A DNA stretch of 60,552 nt, counting the filler, from Bipalium vagum (lineage: Eukaryota): NCBI GenBank assembly GCA_037834085.1. It is 3 parts of 3 records of this genome, joined end to end, with 100 filler letters (N's around TTAATTAATTAA, not from the genome) between each part and the next. Parts side by side here need not be neighbours in the genome. Positions count along the whole stretch, not along the records: positions 1 to 22,721 come from JBBMKC010217244.1; 2 more parts are not named here. One strand, written 5' to 3'. The notes under the pieces are model-generated. The model did no database searches, had not been told where the DNA came from, and saw only the letters and a list, made by a program, of their open reading frames with translations. The position numbers were made by a program, and so were the translations under genes. This document shows, one piece after another, positions 1 to 15,150 of the stretch (position 1 is the stretch's first letter; each line of letters begins with the position of its first letter).

Positions 1-907
1 TAAATAATAATTTCAATTTTTATGTGACACTTAATCATTTATGATACTTTTTCTCATTTTATTTTATATTTTTCATTATTATTAAGACGTATTCCATTTT
101 ATAATACTTTTATTTTAAATTTTATGATTCGTTAACACTACATTGTTTTCTTTTTATAACATATTTCGTTAAAATTGTTATTTTTAAAGAATCCATACTT
201 TTAATAAAATTGTTTAAGGAGACATGAATTTTTAATTTTTTTCAAGACATTATTATTTATAAAAAAATAAATTGTAATTATTTATATTTTAATATTATCT
301 TTTTATTCCTTTTATAAAAAATCATTTTTAGAAATATGTTTCCTTTAGAATAACTTATTACCTTAATAACAGGATTTATGATTATTATTATTTTATTAAA
401 ATAGTTAATGATTCGAATTTTATAAATTATTTTTTATTCTTATTATTTTTTCCTTTTATTATTTTCCTATAATTTTACAAAGATTTTAATTGTAATACGA
501 TAATCTGACAGAAAAATAATAATAAAAATATTTTCAAATGAAAAGAATTGTAATTATTTTTCTTTATTTTTTAATTTCTCCAATGAAAAAGAAAAATAAA
601 AAAATGTGAGAGATTATATTGATTTTAATTTAATTTTTAAAAATTTATTTAAATCAAGAGCTTACGGTTAAATATTTTAATTTGATGTGGGTCATTTTCA
701 ATGTTAAGAGCAAATCGATTCTTGTTACTGTGAAATACAAAAAATGTAATAATTCTCAGATGGTACTCGAAAATAACAGATTTTTTATAATGTCTATTTA
801 GACAAGGATTTTTGCAAAACTTTTTCACTGTGTGCCTCTTTCTTTGATAATGTTCTCATTTCATTAGTGAATCAATTGACGAATACCCTGGAAGGAGGTG
901 TGGAATT

Positions 908-933
908 TATATATATATATATATATATATATA
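908..933. repeat. (TA)n microsatellite
   Basis: About 13 TA units directly abutting the left TIR of a mariner relic. Confidence 0.9.
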
Positions 934-2008
934 AATGTGGTAAGGATAAATAGTACTTAGAATCTGCCAGATATATTGAAGATACTTAAGTAAAATTATG
1001 CATGAAAAATAATAATCATTAAAAGTATGAAATATACGATTTTTTTAAATATTTTAATTTGTGTTTGAACTAAATTAGATTGTTTCAAAATAAATGTTCA
1101 AAGATGTGAAATTTTGCGATGTAATTCCAATTTTTATCATCTAACAAAGATTATTAATTAGCTTTAAAAAATATACGGTGGAGAATTGCAGTCTAGGGTC
1201 ACCAATTATAATTGGGTTCGAGAATTTTCATCTGGTAAAACAAAAGTTTTCGATACATCCAAAAGTAGAACACATGTCAAAATTATTGAAGAAATTGCTG
1301 AAAAAATTTAAAGATATTGTGAAAATGAACGAAAAACTACTAATACACAACTTTCTGAGAGGCTAAAAATATGCAAATATTCAGCTGCATCTAGAGTCAA
1401 TTTGAATCTGAAAGTTATGTAGCAAGTTCGTACCGAGATTTCAAACGACTGAGCGAATGACTAAATAAAAAATGAACTATGAAAGAAATCTTCGTCTTCT
1501 AGATGCAGTTGTACCAATTTTTATGGTTAATAATAATTACAGATCAGACCTTCCTTATCTTAAAGATAGTCAAAGGAATGAGTTTTCCAAAATCAGAAGC
1601 AATCCAAAGTCTTGCTACTCGTAATTTCACATCGTAAATATTCCATGTTGAACGTTTTTAAGGATTGAAATGTCATCTTGAAGCTAGATTTTACTGAGGA
1701 AATCCGAAAGTCGAATTACTACAGTAATCTCATACTTGAAACCCGTAGCATCCAACGCAACCCATGCTGCCAGGAGCTTTTTTTGTTTTTTATGATAACC
1801 TTCCTATTTACAAATCCAAGAAAACCAAAGAAAAATAACAAAAGTTGATTTCTATAGCTGGATTATCCTCCATACAGGTGGAAACAGTGTGTTAATCTAA
1901 ACGACAGTTATATCGAGAAATGAAACATGTGTGTGTACTGTTAAAATTTTTATTGAGTTTTTTCAATATTTCTGATAGAGTCTAAGTTCATTTTAGCCTT
2001 ACCACGCA
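934..2008 (+). mobile_element. Decayed mariner-type DNA transposon with recognisable TIRs
   Basis: Left end tgtggtaaggataaatagtacttagaatctgccagatatattgaa matches the reverse complement of the right end (cgtggtaaggctaaaatgaacttagactctatcagaaatattgaa). Internal remnants read like transposase (YNWVREFSSG, KFVP, IITDQT, FYDN, LDYPPY) with many stops and frameshifts. Confidence 0.7.
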
Positions 2009-5000
2009 TATATAATAATCAAACGAAAAAAACAAATAAAATTGTTAATTTTTAGTTGAACAATATTATTCAATGTGTAAGTGGTTACATTAACTTGTAA
2101 TCAAAAGTTCAACAACCTCCAGTAAAAACATTCTAAAATTAACCTATCCAAATTTGTATCAAGTATAAAATTAGTTTTCTGGGGTCCATTAATAGTTCAC
2201 GTAAGGCAGAAGAATCCTTATAACAATAATAAAATTTTGTGAAGATTGTTTATTTTTCACATTTTATTTATTTCTAAACTGAGTTTAAAATAAGCCTGAA
2301 AATCACTCTTTACTTTCTCTTGTGAATGTTAACCAATGATTCAGCATTATTATTAGCAATATTAATATTATTATTAATACTTTTTCATGTTATTATTATA
2401 TTTATATTTATTATTATAATTGGCTATAATTTTTTAAAAAAATTATTATTATTTATTTTCACACTTTCTTTTCTCCTTTAATCTCTATGAAGAGGCTAAT
2501 CAAACTTGGGGATTTTTTTTTAATTATTTACTGTTATTATTTTAAAATATTTAAAGAGTATGAATGAAATTTTAAAAATAAAAAAAAGAATTTCCAGGAC
2601 TGAGAAAGTTTATTAAAATATTATTTGTTTTATCACTTACTAAATTTATTCGAAAAATGACTTGTAGTTCTGATTGTAAACCGATTGATATTAACAATTT
2701 CCTAAAATCAACATTATTATTATCAATATTATTATCATTACTGATATTTTTTGATTTATTTATTTTTGATTTTTATATTTTTTTATTATTATATTTTTAT
2801 TATCAGTATTATTATTATTATGTATTTTCCATACTTTTTCTCCTTTCATCTTTTCAATTGTAAGCCTAATAAAATAAAAAATCAATTCTTAGGAAAAACA
2901 AAAACTGTAATTGCAAATAAATACTTTTAGTAGGAAGGTAGTCATGATTTCATTCATTGTTAAAAGACTTTTGTTTTTATTAAGTAAAGCGGCACTCTTA
3001 TTAATGGGCATAAAGTTTTAATTTACTTTAAGGAGATTCGAATCAAAGATCCCTTTGATGTTGTTAATTAAAGATTTTCCTATTATTTTTAAAAGATAAA
3101 ATATCATTCAAAACATCATAAAAGGCCGAGAAACAATTTAAGTCTTTGGGTTTTTTGTTACAAAATGAATTGTAACTCCAATAAAGTCTTTCAGATGATT
3201 ATTACCTTAATGGACATTGAAATCATTAGTGCATTCTCGTAGATTTTTGCAATGAAATTCATCCAGAGATGAAATCTTTGTCGTTTCATCACGATCTGTT
3301 TCATCAGACTTTGAAGACCTTGTTCTGATAAAATTTCCCAGAAGCTGTGGTTTGAATAAAAACATCACTTTGTTTATTAATTCAGTGAGAATAATGCGAT
3401 TTGCAGATAAGGGATGTCTGCTCACTCAGATTATCAAATAATCAGATTAAAATAATAACATAATGAAATTAGTATGATAATGTCCATTGAAACAAAAACA
3501 ACAGAAACCGGGTATGATGAATTTTCGTCTACTTACAAAAAATATTAATAACATGCTTAATATTGCAGTCTGTTTTCCATATTCATTCTCCACATATTAT
3601 CGGTCGGTAAAAGTATTAGATGTATTAATATAATATTTTGCAATCATCAATAAAGCCTTTTTACTAATAATTTAAAACTTCGAGCTCAACAATATTCATA
3701 ATGGTACTGACTCTTGTATTTATTTATTTATATATTTCTTATATACTTCTGTATAATCTTTGTTTTCTTCTGTTAGATTCATGTACATTAATTTAATAAA
3801 GCAATACTCCATAACGATTTACCAATTGTACATGCAAATTGTAAGAGATCATTTCCATTAGAGTTTTTTGTATATTCATTATTCAAAAGCTGTTATGATA
3901 AGACAATATTATCAACTGTCAAACCATGCTTTGAAAATGTTTCTCATGACTACATCTACTGTTGAGTGTGGCATAAATAGGTGGAATATCGTCAGATTCG
4001 AAACGTTTTTCTTTATTATTTATATTTTTTTCTATTTCTCCAAAAATAAATATCGCTGAGGAAATGCGGATTTCTCGTGATGATTGTTTTTTCCATTTCT
4101 ATAGGAAATGTAAAATGTAACAATAAATGTATTTTATTTATGTAATGTTTTATTAATTATATATTATTTGTGTGATATTTTCAGTTCAGTAGGAATTTAA
4201 TGTTTTGTCTTACTGTTCATTCTGTAAACAATACTTCACCTAACTTATTGATCTTACGCAGAAATAATAAAAAAACACAAAGCCTTAGAATAAAAAATTG
4301 AGAAGTTTATTTTCAATATATTAAAATCAAATAAAATATCGTACAGAATATCGTCAGAATTTTGTGCCGGGCTTTCAGAAATAAAAAAATATTTTAAAAT
4401 TTAAAACGAAGCTATAAAATAGAGTATATTTATTTTATTCAAAAAAGTTTTAAATTATTAATCAAGCATCAAGCAAAACTTAAAACAACAAAAAATCAAG
4501 TGTTTGAAAAAGTATTTGTATTTTACATCACACTTTGGTTGGGTCATTATTCAACCAATAAAAATAGACCTAAGAACACCAAACAATGTTCATTAATTAA
4601 GATTAAAATATTTGATTAAAATAAATCAATGTTGATGAATATTTTATTTTAATAAAATATTTTTATATTTCTATGTCATAAAGAATCAAAAGAAAATATG
4701 GTAACGGTATAGTATCTCCCTTTTCAATAATTAAAATATTAAATGAAAGAAATAAAAGTCTCTGACTCATACCTTAAAAATTATTAAGTATCGCATTGAT
4801 GTTATTTGAATTTTCGCTGTTTCTTTTAAAAATTAAAACAAAAGATTTTCTATATGTATATGTTAATTAGCGATTATCTTCAATTTTAAAGTTAGTTATT
4901 TAAGAAAGAAATTTTGGTTAAATTGTGACTTCTACGCAATTTACTAAATAGACAATTTTCCAATTTGTATACTTAATATATATTTTAGAACATGTATTTT

Positions 5001-5200
5001 ATAACGTTTTTAATCTTAAGAAAATTAAATCAACATGTTCGATTTCTCCTTTAATTTTTTTCTAATTAATTATTATTAAATAAATTGAGACTCCAAGCAT
5101 AATAATAGATATACGGATATAAAATCAAAAAGGAGTAATTAATTTGAACAATATCTCTGATCTGGCTGTTCAGCTTATCGGGTTTACTGAAATATATGTA

Positions 5201-5658
5201 TTAGGTTGGCCGGAAATAAATTTCGTTTTTAATATACAGTTATAAAATTTAGTTTTATAATTAATAAGATTTTGATTATTTTTATTGTTATATATCAAAA
5301 GAAAGGTCATTTTTGCTCTATATAACAATGCTCACCCATACGTTTCAATGATCACACGCCACAAATTACATAACTTGGTATATGAAACTCTCGACCATTC
5401 ACAATATTCTCCCGACCTTTCGCCTACGAACTATTACTTTTCCAAAGATCTCGACAGTTCCGACGCGACAGACAGTTCAAGAATCATAACGATGTCCAAC
5501 AAACATCTTCAACGACTTTGTCGACTCCATAAATCCAGAATACAATGCTACGGGAATAATTAATCTTGTCATTCCTTGGCAGAAATGCATTAATGATAGT
5601 GGTACTTATTTCGATTAATAAATTTTGGTTTTACGGTATTTATTTCCGGCCAAGCTAA
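5201..5658 (+). mobile_element. Internally deleted mariner (MITE-like), TA-flanked
   Basis: TIRs ttaggttggccggaaataaat / atttatttccggccaagctaa with TA on both sides. Only the C-terminal transposase remains (ORF 5285-5563: YNNAHPY...YSPDLSPTNYYF). Confidence 0.85.
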
Positions 5659-7859
5659 TATTAACAGAGCTCAAACCCACTTCATTGCCCAGAAAGGGAT
5701 GGTTAGAATTGAAAGTAATAGAGATTTGTGAACAGTTATTTCGATTAAATGCTAAATAATAGTTATGGCCAGATAATGACAGTTTCAAAGTTGCTTTTAT
5801 ATTTTCTTGTATTTATATTATTAAGATATATCAAGTCTTCCAATAATGGTATCTATATCTTTGTTTCAAAATTTCAAAAAGATAATAAATAAATCAATAC
5901 ATTGGAATTTATCAATTTAAAGGTTTATTTATTGCAGAATTTAATTTCTTGTATAAATTAAAGTTTTAGCTATATTTAGTTAGTATTTTTTTATATTATG
6001 CGATACGAATAAAGACCAAATCGAATCATTTTAAGATATCTATGGAAAAAAGGCCTCAATACCAAAGGCCACAGCTGAAGATTTATGTTCCATAGAAAGT
6101 AAAGACTTAATTGATAAACTTACCGAGTCTAATTGGTTTAAACGCTTTAACAATATCGGATTGATCTCGTTCCGGCTGGCATAGCTTAGTGAATGACAAG
6201 ATTTTACAGACAATGATGGTAATTGATCAGACTTTGACGCATCTCCGCCTATGGCTGCATTTTCTCGTTCACCTTTGGTTTGGAAGATTAGAAAAAGTTA
6301 AAAAGGCTTGTCACAAATGTCTTACCTCCAAAAGCAAGGAATTATATTTTCTTCAGATTCGACAGTTAGTAGAGATAGCTTGAATCCATTGAAAACAAAA
6401 GATTTTATTTGGAAGATTAATTATCTTTTGTTCTTCTTTTATGTACATTTTATTAAATGTTGTTTTATGGGAGAAGAGTTTTGATACGCCCTACTATTAA
6501 CATAAGTTTAAATTTTCCTATTACCTCAAGGGTCGTGTTTATGTTTCAAGTCAGTTTGACATTATCCGAAAACTACAAGGTAATCATGTTGAATTTAAGA
6601 GTTTATTAAAAAATTATTTTTTCAAAACCATTTCAAATATAATTATAAATAATATTTTCTGATGATACAATTACCATCGTGATATGTTAGTAAACATTCA
6701 TTTGTTGTGCAATTGAATTTCCAAGATAAACAATGAGGAGATGAAAAATAAAATGAAAAAAATATCAGATAAATATATCAATTTCTTGTTTTCTTTTAAA
6801 TATTCTTTTATCATAAAATTTTGCTTAACAGGTGGGGAATTATCAAGTTTTATGAAATTTGAATGCTGTGAGAACATAAAACTTTTAAAGAATAATTCAA
6901 TTACAATTTTAAAAATTTACTTATTTTATTTTTTCTGAAAGAAATTTGAATATATTCATTTTTAAAAAAGGAAAATTAAAACAAAATATTTAAGATTGAA
7001 TAAAAACACAAAATATTGAATGAAATTGGCGTACGATCAGAGCCTCGATGATATTCGTATGAATATAAAAATAAATTTAAATAAAACACTTTATTTGGAA
7101 AAATAATACAAAAACGTTATTGAAAACGAAAGGGAGAAATATTTTTATAATATTTAAATATAAAATAAAAATCAATGTGAAATTTCTCTTCTCAAAAATG
7201 TAATTGCCAAAAACGTAATCTGTCATTGACTTAGGATAATGAAAAGAAGCGTAAATAACTTACATGATTTGTTTACTTGATTTGTTTTTGTTTACTTATG
7301 AAGTTGGAAAGTAAATAGAGATAAATTGCATTGGTATTGATTTTGGAATTGGTCGTGACAGATAATAGAGTAACCAATGGAGTAAAGTGGTTGATATTTA
7401 TTATCTGAATAGGACAGTTTAACTAAATTGATAATGGAAAAAGAATTATTCAAGGAGCCTTTTTAGGTATTGGTAAAATGTCAATAATCACTGTAATTTC
7501 AATTTGTTGACATTTTAATAGAGCGATGAACGGGAATAATTTAAGATTTAAAGTATTTATTAAGATTTAGTTAATAATAGCCGCTGTGAGACCGACATAT
7601 TCTCAATATTTTTACTTGGACTCTTCCAAGGTGCTGATACTAAGTGATTTAAAAATTTAAAGTAAAGCTTGTTATTTATGCAAATCATTTTTTATTAATG
7701 GATTAATTCGCATGATAAAGAAAGGAGCTCAGAAAAATATAAAGCTTCCCTCTTTTTAGGTAAATGGCAAATGATTTTTAGAAAATTGTGATTTATTAGA
7801 CCCAGAGCTAATCAAAAAATGATAAAACTTATAATTTTTGGTTATTATCCAAATCTTCT

Positions 7860-8330
7860 TATTAGCAATGATTCAATCTTAGAGACAACTTTTCTTGAAC
7901 AAGCCATCTTTCCTAACTATTTAACTGAGAGATTTCAATGCTTAAATATTGTTCTCTGAACCTGATTTTTCCGAAAGAGTATTCAAAATATGTAATATCT
8001 ACCAAAACTTAAATGTTGAATTCTGACCTGCAATAATCAGCAATCGACGCAGACATTCTTTTTCATGTCAATGTGAGACCTCAGCGTTCTTCAATCTACA
8101 GGCAAACACACTTACACTTGCTATGAGAAATTCTTCCACATCCAATGTACTCCCATGACATAGCTTCTACAGATTTTCATTTATACAGGTTAATGTCACA
8201 TACTCTTGAAGATAATCAATTCAATTCGTACGAATAAGTTCAAAATAGGTTTTCGAGATGGATCCATTCTAAAGACAATTTTTAGCCACAGAATATCCAT
8301 GTGGCCAGAGTTAAGAAAGAACATCATTTT
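7860..8330 (-). mobile_element. Possible hAT-transposase relic
   Basis: GC-richer island; minus-strand reading FKFW*ILHILNTLSEKSGSENNI resembles the hAT/ZMYM1-like FW..IL...N.LS..LQ segment. No termini found. Confidence 0.2.
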
Positions 8331-9189
8331 TATTTTTCATAAAATAAATATTAAAATTAGTTTAAAAAGTTTAAAATTAATAATATAAATATAATATTAA
8401 TTGATTGTTTCAAATTTTTTTCAGTTCTTAAATCCTTTTTAGATTAACCGTGATCAATTACTTATCTTTTTTATAAAACTAATTTTCAAATAATAATATT
8501 GTTTGTTGTACCTAGAAAGTTTGTCTTAATTTGAACATCATGAAGAAAAACTTTACTATTCGATCAAAATTATATGAATAGAATAACAACAATATTAGAA
8601 GATTTACTAGTCTCATTTCAATCAACTCGTACGTACCTTAAAATTGATATAAGCAGCATTTTTAACTGTCAAAAAATATGGGTTCGTGAGGTATTTGAGG
8701 ATATAAGTTTTAAAATTAATTTTATATATGATTTCTTAAATAAATCCAAAAAACATTTTTGCTTGAAAATGGTTTTTTAGTCTTCTTTTTAGTTTGGCAA
8801 TATAGCTAATGACATCCACTCTCATTATTTATCTTGCTTATCTGCATAAAAACAATTGAAATAAAAACAATAAAATAAAAAACGTGGAAAGATTGCTCAC
8901 TACCAATGTGATTAGTTTCCGACCCATATTATCATTATATATAGTTTCAAAATATTAATTATACCTATTGTCCTTATCTTGGTAATCAGACTGAAATCTT
9001 TTTATTCCCACTGGCATTAAAACCTTGTCTGTAGGTATTCACTATTTCCATATAATATTTAATACAATCACTTTATGAAGCAAGTTTTTTGTAGATTTTT
9101 TATCAAAATTTTAATAACTTTCATTAACACAAATTTTATATTTATAAAAAATGTATAATAGGAAATAAAATATAAGTTTTGTGTCAATT

Positions 9190-9490
9190 TTAGGTTGTGT
9201 CAAAAGTTTCCTTGATTTTGATAGTTTAATTTACTTTAATCAAAATCAAAATTTTAATATCATTGATATTTTACTATCAAAACATATTTGTCCATTTTGT
9301 TTAAATAAACAAATCAATGTGTTTATTTGAATTATACTTATAGTAAAATGAATTTAGAAAAGTTGTAATTTCAAATTTGATCCCTTTATTATTGGAAAAG
9401 GGAATTGCTGCCACCACAAGGACTATTTGTAATACGGAGATGTATCGTTGCCTACAGCGCAGTTTTAAATTTGGTTCAAAGAGTTTCAAA
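9190..9490 (-). mobile_element. Mariner 3' end fragment
   Basis: TIR-like ttaggttgtgtcaaaagtttccttgatttt near 9190; minus-strand KQNGQ resembles a mariner C-terminus. Confidence 0.35.
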
Positions 9491-12357
9491 ACGGAGATAT
9501 TAGTCTCGACGATAATATCTTGAAATAATAATAATCAAAATATAATGAAAATATAATAAAATTAAATTTTATTAAGAATTTTATATTCTAACCAAAATAT
9601 AATATTGTCCTTTTTATTTCTTTTATTAATAAATAAAGTAAATATCTTCAGATAATTGACAAAAACTAAACCTAACTACCTACCAGTATCACATAGATAC
9701 CTGGAGGAATTTCAATTAATTTAAGTTCGATAGTTTTACTGAATGTGTAATTAAATAATTAATTACCATAATTCCATATCAATACCAACATTTAAGGTGA
9801 ATAAAATTTTCAATTTATTTTTAATTTATATATTCTCTTTAAATTTTTTTCTGTCTACTAGAATTCAGGGAATATTTGAGAGGAATGGGCAGTTTTGAGC
9901 ATGAATTATTTGTGTACCAGTTAGAAAACAATATAAATAATCCCAAAGAAATTAATTATATATTCAATGTTTATTATTAAGAACAGTATGTCATCATATT
10001 ATTATATATATAAATGATAAGCTATGAACATAATGCTCGGGGAATTATTAAAATTTGATGAATTTCAATGGTTCTTGTCAATTGAGAAGAGAAAATTCCC
10101 AATAATTACATGTTTTATTAAATACTCTTTTTCATAAATAATAATATAATTATCATATTAATTATTCAATCTAACAAATCTTGTTCATTTTATCGATATA
10201 TAATATTATTCTCAAATATCATATTTATAATAGAATAATTATTTTATAGAAAATCATAATAAAAAGGTACGTGATATTTCTAATTTATCACAAATGATGA
10301 CTTATGTATAATATATTCTCCTATAAACGAAATTAATGAAAAATATTCTGAAATATTTTAAATATATTTTAAAATTTTACTCATTCTAAAAATTTTAAAA
10401 TTGATTTTAAAATTTTTTAGAAAATCAATAATTTAGGAAATAGTTGCAAAAATACTTACAAAATTTGATATTTTTATTTTTGAGAAAATGTAACTTAATT
10501 TTAATACGTCGTTTTCATATTTCTTCCTCAATAATGAAATATCGATTGATATTATGTTTTGTTTAAACACTTAAATAAATTAATAATTTGACCAGAGTTA
10601 TAAATATTCAAATTTCAAATGTCATTGGTTAATTATATTATCGAAAATATTATATTATATTATGTTATCAAAAATAATGTGTATTTTGAAATTATTATTA
10701 TTTTTCAGTAAAGATTAACTCTGTTTTTAATCTATTTGAAATTATAATTTCTATGAATTATTGATTATTATAATGATTATGATTATCATAATAATTACAT
10801 ATTAAAATCCCATGGTTTGATAAAATTTTTTGAATTTTAAGATTGTTGTTGCTTAATACATTATCGGAATGATATCTTCTCTTATCGATTACAAACTAAT
10901 AAATTTTTAATAATAATCATAAACAAAATGAAAAAAAAGAAATCTTTCATCTGGCGAATTATATGTTCATAAAAAAGAAATATTTCTGTTTCAATATTGA
11001 ATAAAGGACAATCCAAAAGAAATTGTTGAGAGTCCTATGAAAAGATAACTACAGATCTACAGTTTACATTAATGAAGTTTTAATCTAAAAAATGATTTTA
11101 AAAATAATTTTGTTTAAATTCAGCAGAATAACTAAAATAATTTAAAAATTATAAATATATTCTTATGAAATACTTAAGTACCCATAATGGTAAATTGGTA
11201 AATAAGAGATTTTCAAAAAAATTTTATTTAAAGTATTATTAAAAAAACTTAAAAATCAATTTGGATATTTGAATAAAATAATTTTGGATAATTTTTTTAT
11301 TTTTGTAACTTTTTACTTAATATCATAATATTTTTAGGCCAATATTTTATATTCTTATATATTTTATTACAATATTTATTTAATATATGAAATATAATAC
11401 ATTATTTAATATATTCATTATTATATATTATAAATTTATGGAGAAATAACTTTGTTTTCTTAATTATTTTGCGTTTGATTTTGATTATCTTTTCGATAAA
11501 AACCCATCCTTTTATATATAATATAAAAGTCCAATGCATAGATAATAAAACAGCACAAATGTATTAATTAATTATGTTTTATATAGATTCAATAAAATTG
11601 ATTTTTATTTATTTTATTACTCTTTCATTTCGAATAGATTATTTATTAAATTTTATAAAAATAATATTTACAGATTTCATAATTCTTTGATAATTTTCAT
11701 TTAATAAGAACGTCTTCTCTAAGTAAGGGTTTTTTTAATTATATGCCGTACATAGATAAAATCATTATATATAGGAAGTCTGATATGAAAGGATTAAGAA
11801 ATAGATAAAATCATCTCAAGTGGTTAATAAGATATTCTTATTCTAGTATATTCCAATTGAATTAATATTATAAAATGACATTTCTGATAAAAATAAAAAT
11901 TATTATAATAAAATAAATTGTCAATAAAAACATTGATAATGTTATTAACTCATTCAATACAATTGTAGATTTGGTGAAAATAATAATATCTCGATCAATG
12001 AAATGCTTTTATTGCGTAGAATTCGAGAGAAGGCTGTAGTGAAAAAATATTATATTAATTGCTAAACAAAAATTCGATATAAACAATTTTTTCGATATTA
12101 AAAATTTATTTGGTACATGTGATTGCTTATGTCGAGCGGTTACTGAATTATTATTTATTTGAACTCAGAGATAAAAGTTCACATTAACCATATCATTTTT
12201 TTTCGATTAAGTTTAGAAATACATGTGAAAATTCTTATTTTACTGTTCCTTTCTGAAAAAAGCAATTAGAAAAATAAATGGCGATTTTGAAAATTATAAG
12301 CCTGCTAAGATAAGTTACAATAATAAGCATTATAATAGCGGAAATAATTAATTTATT

Positions 12358-13290
12358 TTAGGTTGGTTCAAAAATAATGGAAGTTTTTCAATTTATTAAT
12401 TTTAGTTGTTTCTGTGTCAATATTTTAGAGTAAATTTTTTATTGCTATTTAAAAGCATGTTTTCTGCTTAATAATTAAGTAGATAGTTGTTTAAGTGCAT
12501 CAATTTTTTTAATTTGTTAGCCATTTTAGAAATACTTTCATAACCAGACATTTGGATAATTTTGTTCCACGAATTCAATCTTGATGGTGATGCTGTGTAA
12601 AGAACAAGAAATGTAATTCAGACATATCAAGCAGTTTCTGAACGAAGCAAGTATGTGGTTTAAACAGGGTTATTGAAGTTCATTAATGAAAAAAAATGAT
12701 GGAACTAGACTCAAAAAAATCAAACGGGGAGTTGCGAAAACATCAAATTTCATCATAAAACACTTGAACACAATTGAAAAGGTTAAGAAGCTGGACTAAT
12801 TTGTACCGTAGGAGTTGATTGAATATCAAAGAAATCGCTGTCCTGATAATCTGCTCAATGGTTGAATTATGGTGAGTGTCCTAGACAATTTTCAAATTTA
12901 ATGTCGCACTCAAAAAATTTTATGGTGATCGTTCTGTGGTCGGACTCTGTTCTCATTCATCAGAGCTCTCTAAAATCTCTTGAGACCATTACTTTTGGTA
13001 TAGATATGTACGACAAAAAGATTTGATACTAGAAAAACTTTAATGATAACAACTAGCTTTAGAAAATTGCTTCATGAACATATTCGGCCACACAGCAAAT
13101 ATCTATCAACAAAATTTGTATAATCCTCGATATGAAGCACTTGATCATTAACCATACTCACAAAATCTGGCGATCAGACTTTTGCAGTGTGTATGAATAT
13201 GCTTATTTAGAATTGACACTTTGATTATATAAAGTTTTGTTTGAATTTTAAATTATTTGATAAAAACAGCCATTTTTTTCAAAGACTTAT
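12358..13290 (+). mobile_element. Decayed mariner
   Basis: Left TIR ttaggttggttcaaaaataatgg; remnants KVKKLD*FVP*ELIEYQRNR, FMVIVLW, LLHEHIRPH, PYSQNLA. Same family as the relic ending at 34634. Confidence 0.7.
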
Positions 13291-13689
13291 ATTAGTAACA
13301 GAATATCATGACACATTTTCATGTGACACAAAATAACTTACGTTGATGCTGAATATGAAAAAATTATCAGGTTATTCGAAGATAAATCTTTATCTATCAT
13401 AATTTTTAATTAAGGATACATTATCTATTATTATTATCTATTATACATTATCTATTATTATTGAATCTTGTCTCGAATTGTCATACAAAGAATTTCTTTG
13501 CGTCTATTACGGATTATTGCAGCTTATTAGTGGAGTATTTCCTGTTATCATACAGGAGTCATTTCTTATAGTGAATTATAATTTTCCAGATCCTCTTACT
13601 TAAAGAAAAACTAGACGCAACATATTTTTATTTTGATTGAATTCTTACGATTGGTCAGATTTTCTACTTGTTTATATTTCGATCAATTA

Positions 13690-14499
13690 AAGAATGTGAG
13701 TTGATGGTGTTAAGTCCTTTGAAAGCCTCTAGTAACTCTTTCTGATAATCAGTCTCAATTACAATCTTCTTCATCTTCCTAAAAATCTTCTTTGCACCCC
13801 AATATTTGACCGTAGTTCACCTGTGGATATTACACTTTCTTTTATTCTTTTTGAATTTTATAAAGTAATATTTTTGTATGCTTCAAATGAATAAAGAAGC
13901 GCCATTTCTCTTTTCCTGTAATGATTTGGTGAAGAAATCGCTCCATACAGCCATGTATAATTCGGTGTCTAATAAGATCTTGATCTGCAATTTTTAAGCG
14001 ACTTTCTTTGAATTTTCCATTTAGTTGATTTGACTCACAAGCAAACAGTTTTTGACTAAACCATTTGAGTTTAGATGATGGAAAACAACTTTGTATTGCT
14101 GTTCATCCTTTAAAATAATATGCTGCATGTCTCACAGTTGTCCACTTTTACGATTGTAATCATTTGGTCATCATCGACATTAGATGACCGACTGATATTT
14201 GGAATGCCTTGAAACGTAAAATGTATCAATTGTGTCCAGACTAAGAGATGTTTTCAGTAAGCATTTGAAATTTTTTAGACCATTTCTACAACTGTATAGT
14301 CTCTCTCTTAAAATAAGATACCAAAATATGTTTGAAATGATGTTTTTGATAAAATTTGTACTTGCATTACAAAGCTGTAAATAAAAAACATGAAAAAAAT
14401 TTTACTGTGATGATCTTTCAAATAAATGTATTTGATATTAAATGACTATGGAACGGTAAAACAAAACTAAAATTACGGTAAACTGAGCAACAACCTAAT
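13690..14499 (-). mobile_element. Decayed mariner (5' two-thirds)
   Basis: Minus-strand FLHQIITGKEKWRF corresponds to the FL.RIVTGDEKW motif. TIR-like end gtaaactgagcaacaacctaa followed by TA. Left boundary approximate. Confidence 0.6.
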
Positions 14500-15150
14500 A
14501 ATTCTGTTCAATATGATGTTCTTGAAAGAGGACTGAAAAAATCTGTAGTACTATAAAGCGTATTTGACACAAGGTTCTGGTTAATTTTCAATACTGTATT
14601 AACCAAATCTTTTGTTTCAAGTCAATAATAGAAGACAGTTAATGGCGACCTTGTAGACAGAGCCAGAGTCGTTATCATTATTTTAACTATCGACACTTAT
14701 ATTACTAAACACCAAACACATCGAAGTCTGTGGTAAATGTCAACTAACTTCAAATATTTTTCTGCTTCATAGTCGGGCATTCAAAGTATATTTTAATGAT
14801 TTCTTTAATTCGAATTCCCAGTAAAACTATTTTATTTGTATTTATCAATATTTTTTATCAGTCCTAAATAATTTAAAATGAAACACTTTCATATTTCATT
14901 TGAAATTAGCAATGTCTATATTTTAAATGGATTTAGTTAAATAATAATCTTAATAATAATAAGATTATTATTTAATTAAATTATTAAACGTATCTTTGTT
15001 TTAATTATTCTAGGTCGTTTCCAAAATAAATAATAAAAGTAAGCACAATTTTAAAATCCTGGTACTGTCAGGTGACTGAAAATATGAAACACGTGATTTT
15101 TGAATTCTCTCCGAGGTTTTCAAATCTAATTTTAATACTTTTTTGTGTTC

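Noticed and set aside
3200-4140. piggyBac transposase relic on the minus strand
   Set aside because: Only vague fragments; no clear catalytic motifs or TTAA-flanked termini.
8635-9130. Minus-strand splice-like sites and LLHKVIVLN resembling ankyrin paralog A exon 4
   Set aside because: All frames hit stops quickly and no consistent exon chain can be built; the similarity may be chance in AT-rich DNA.
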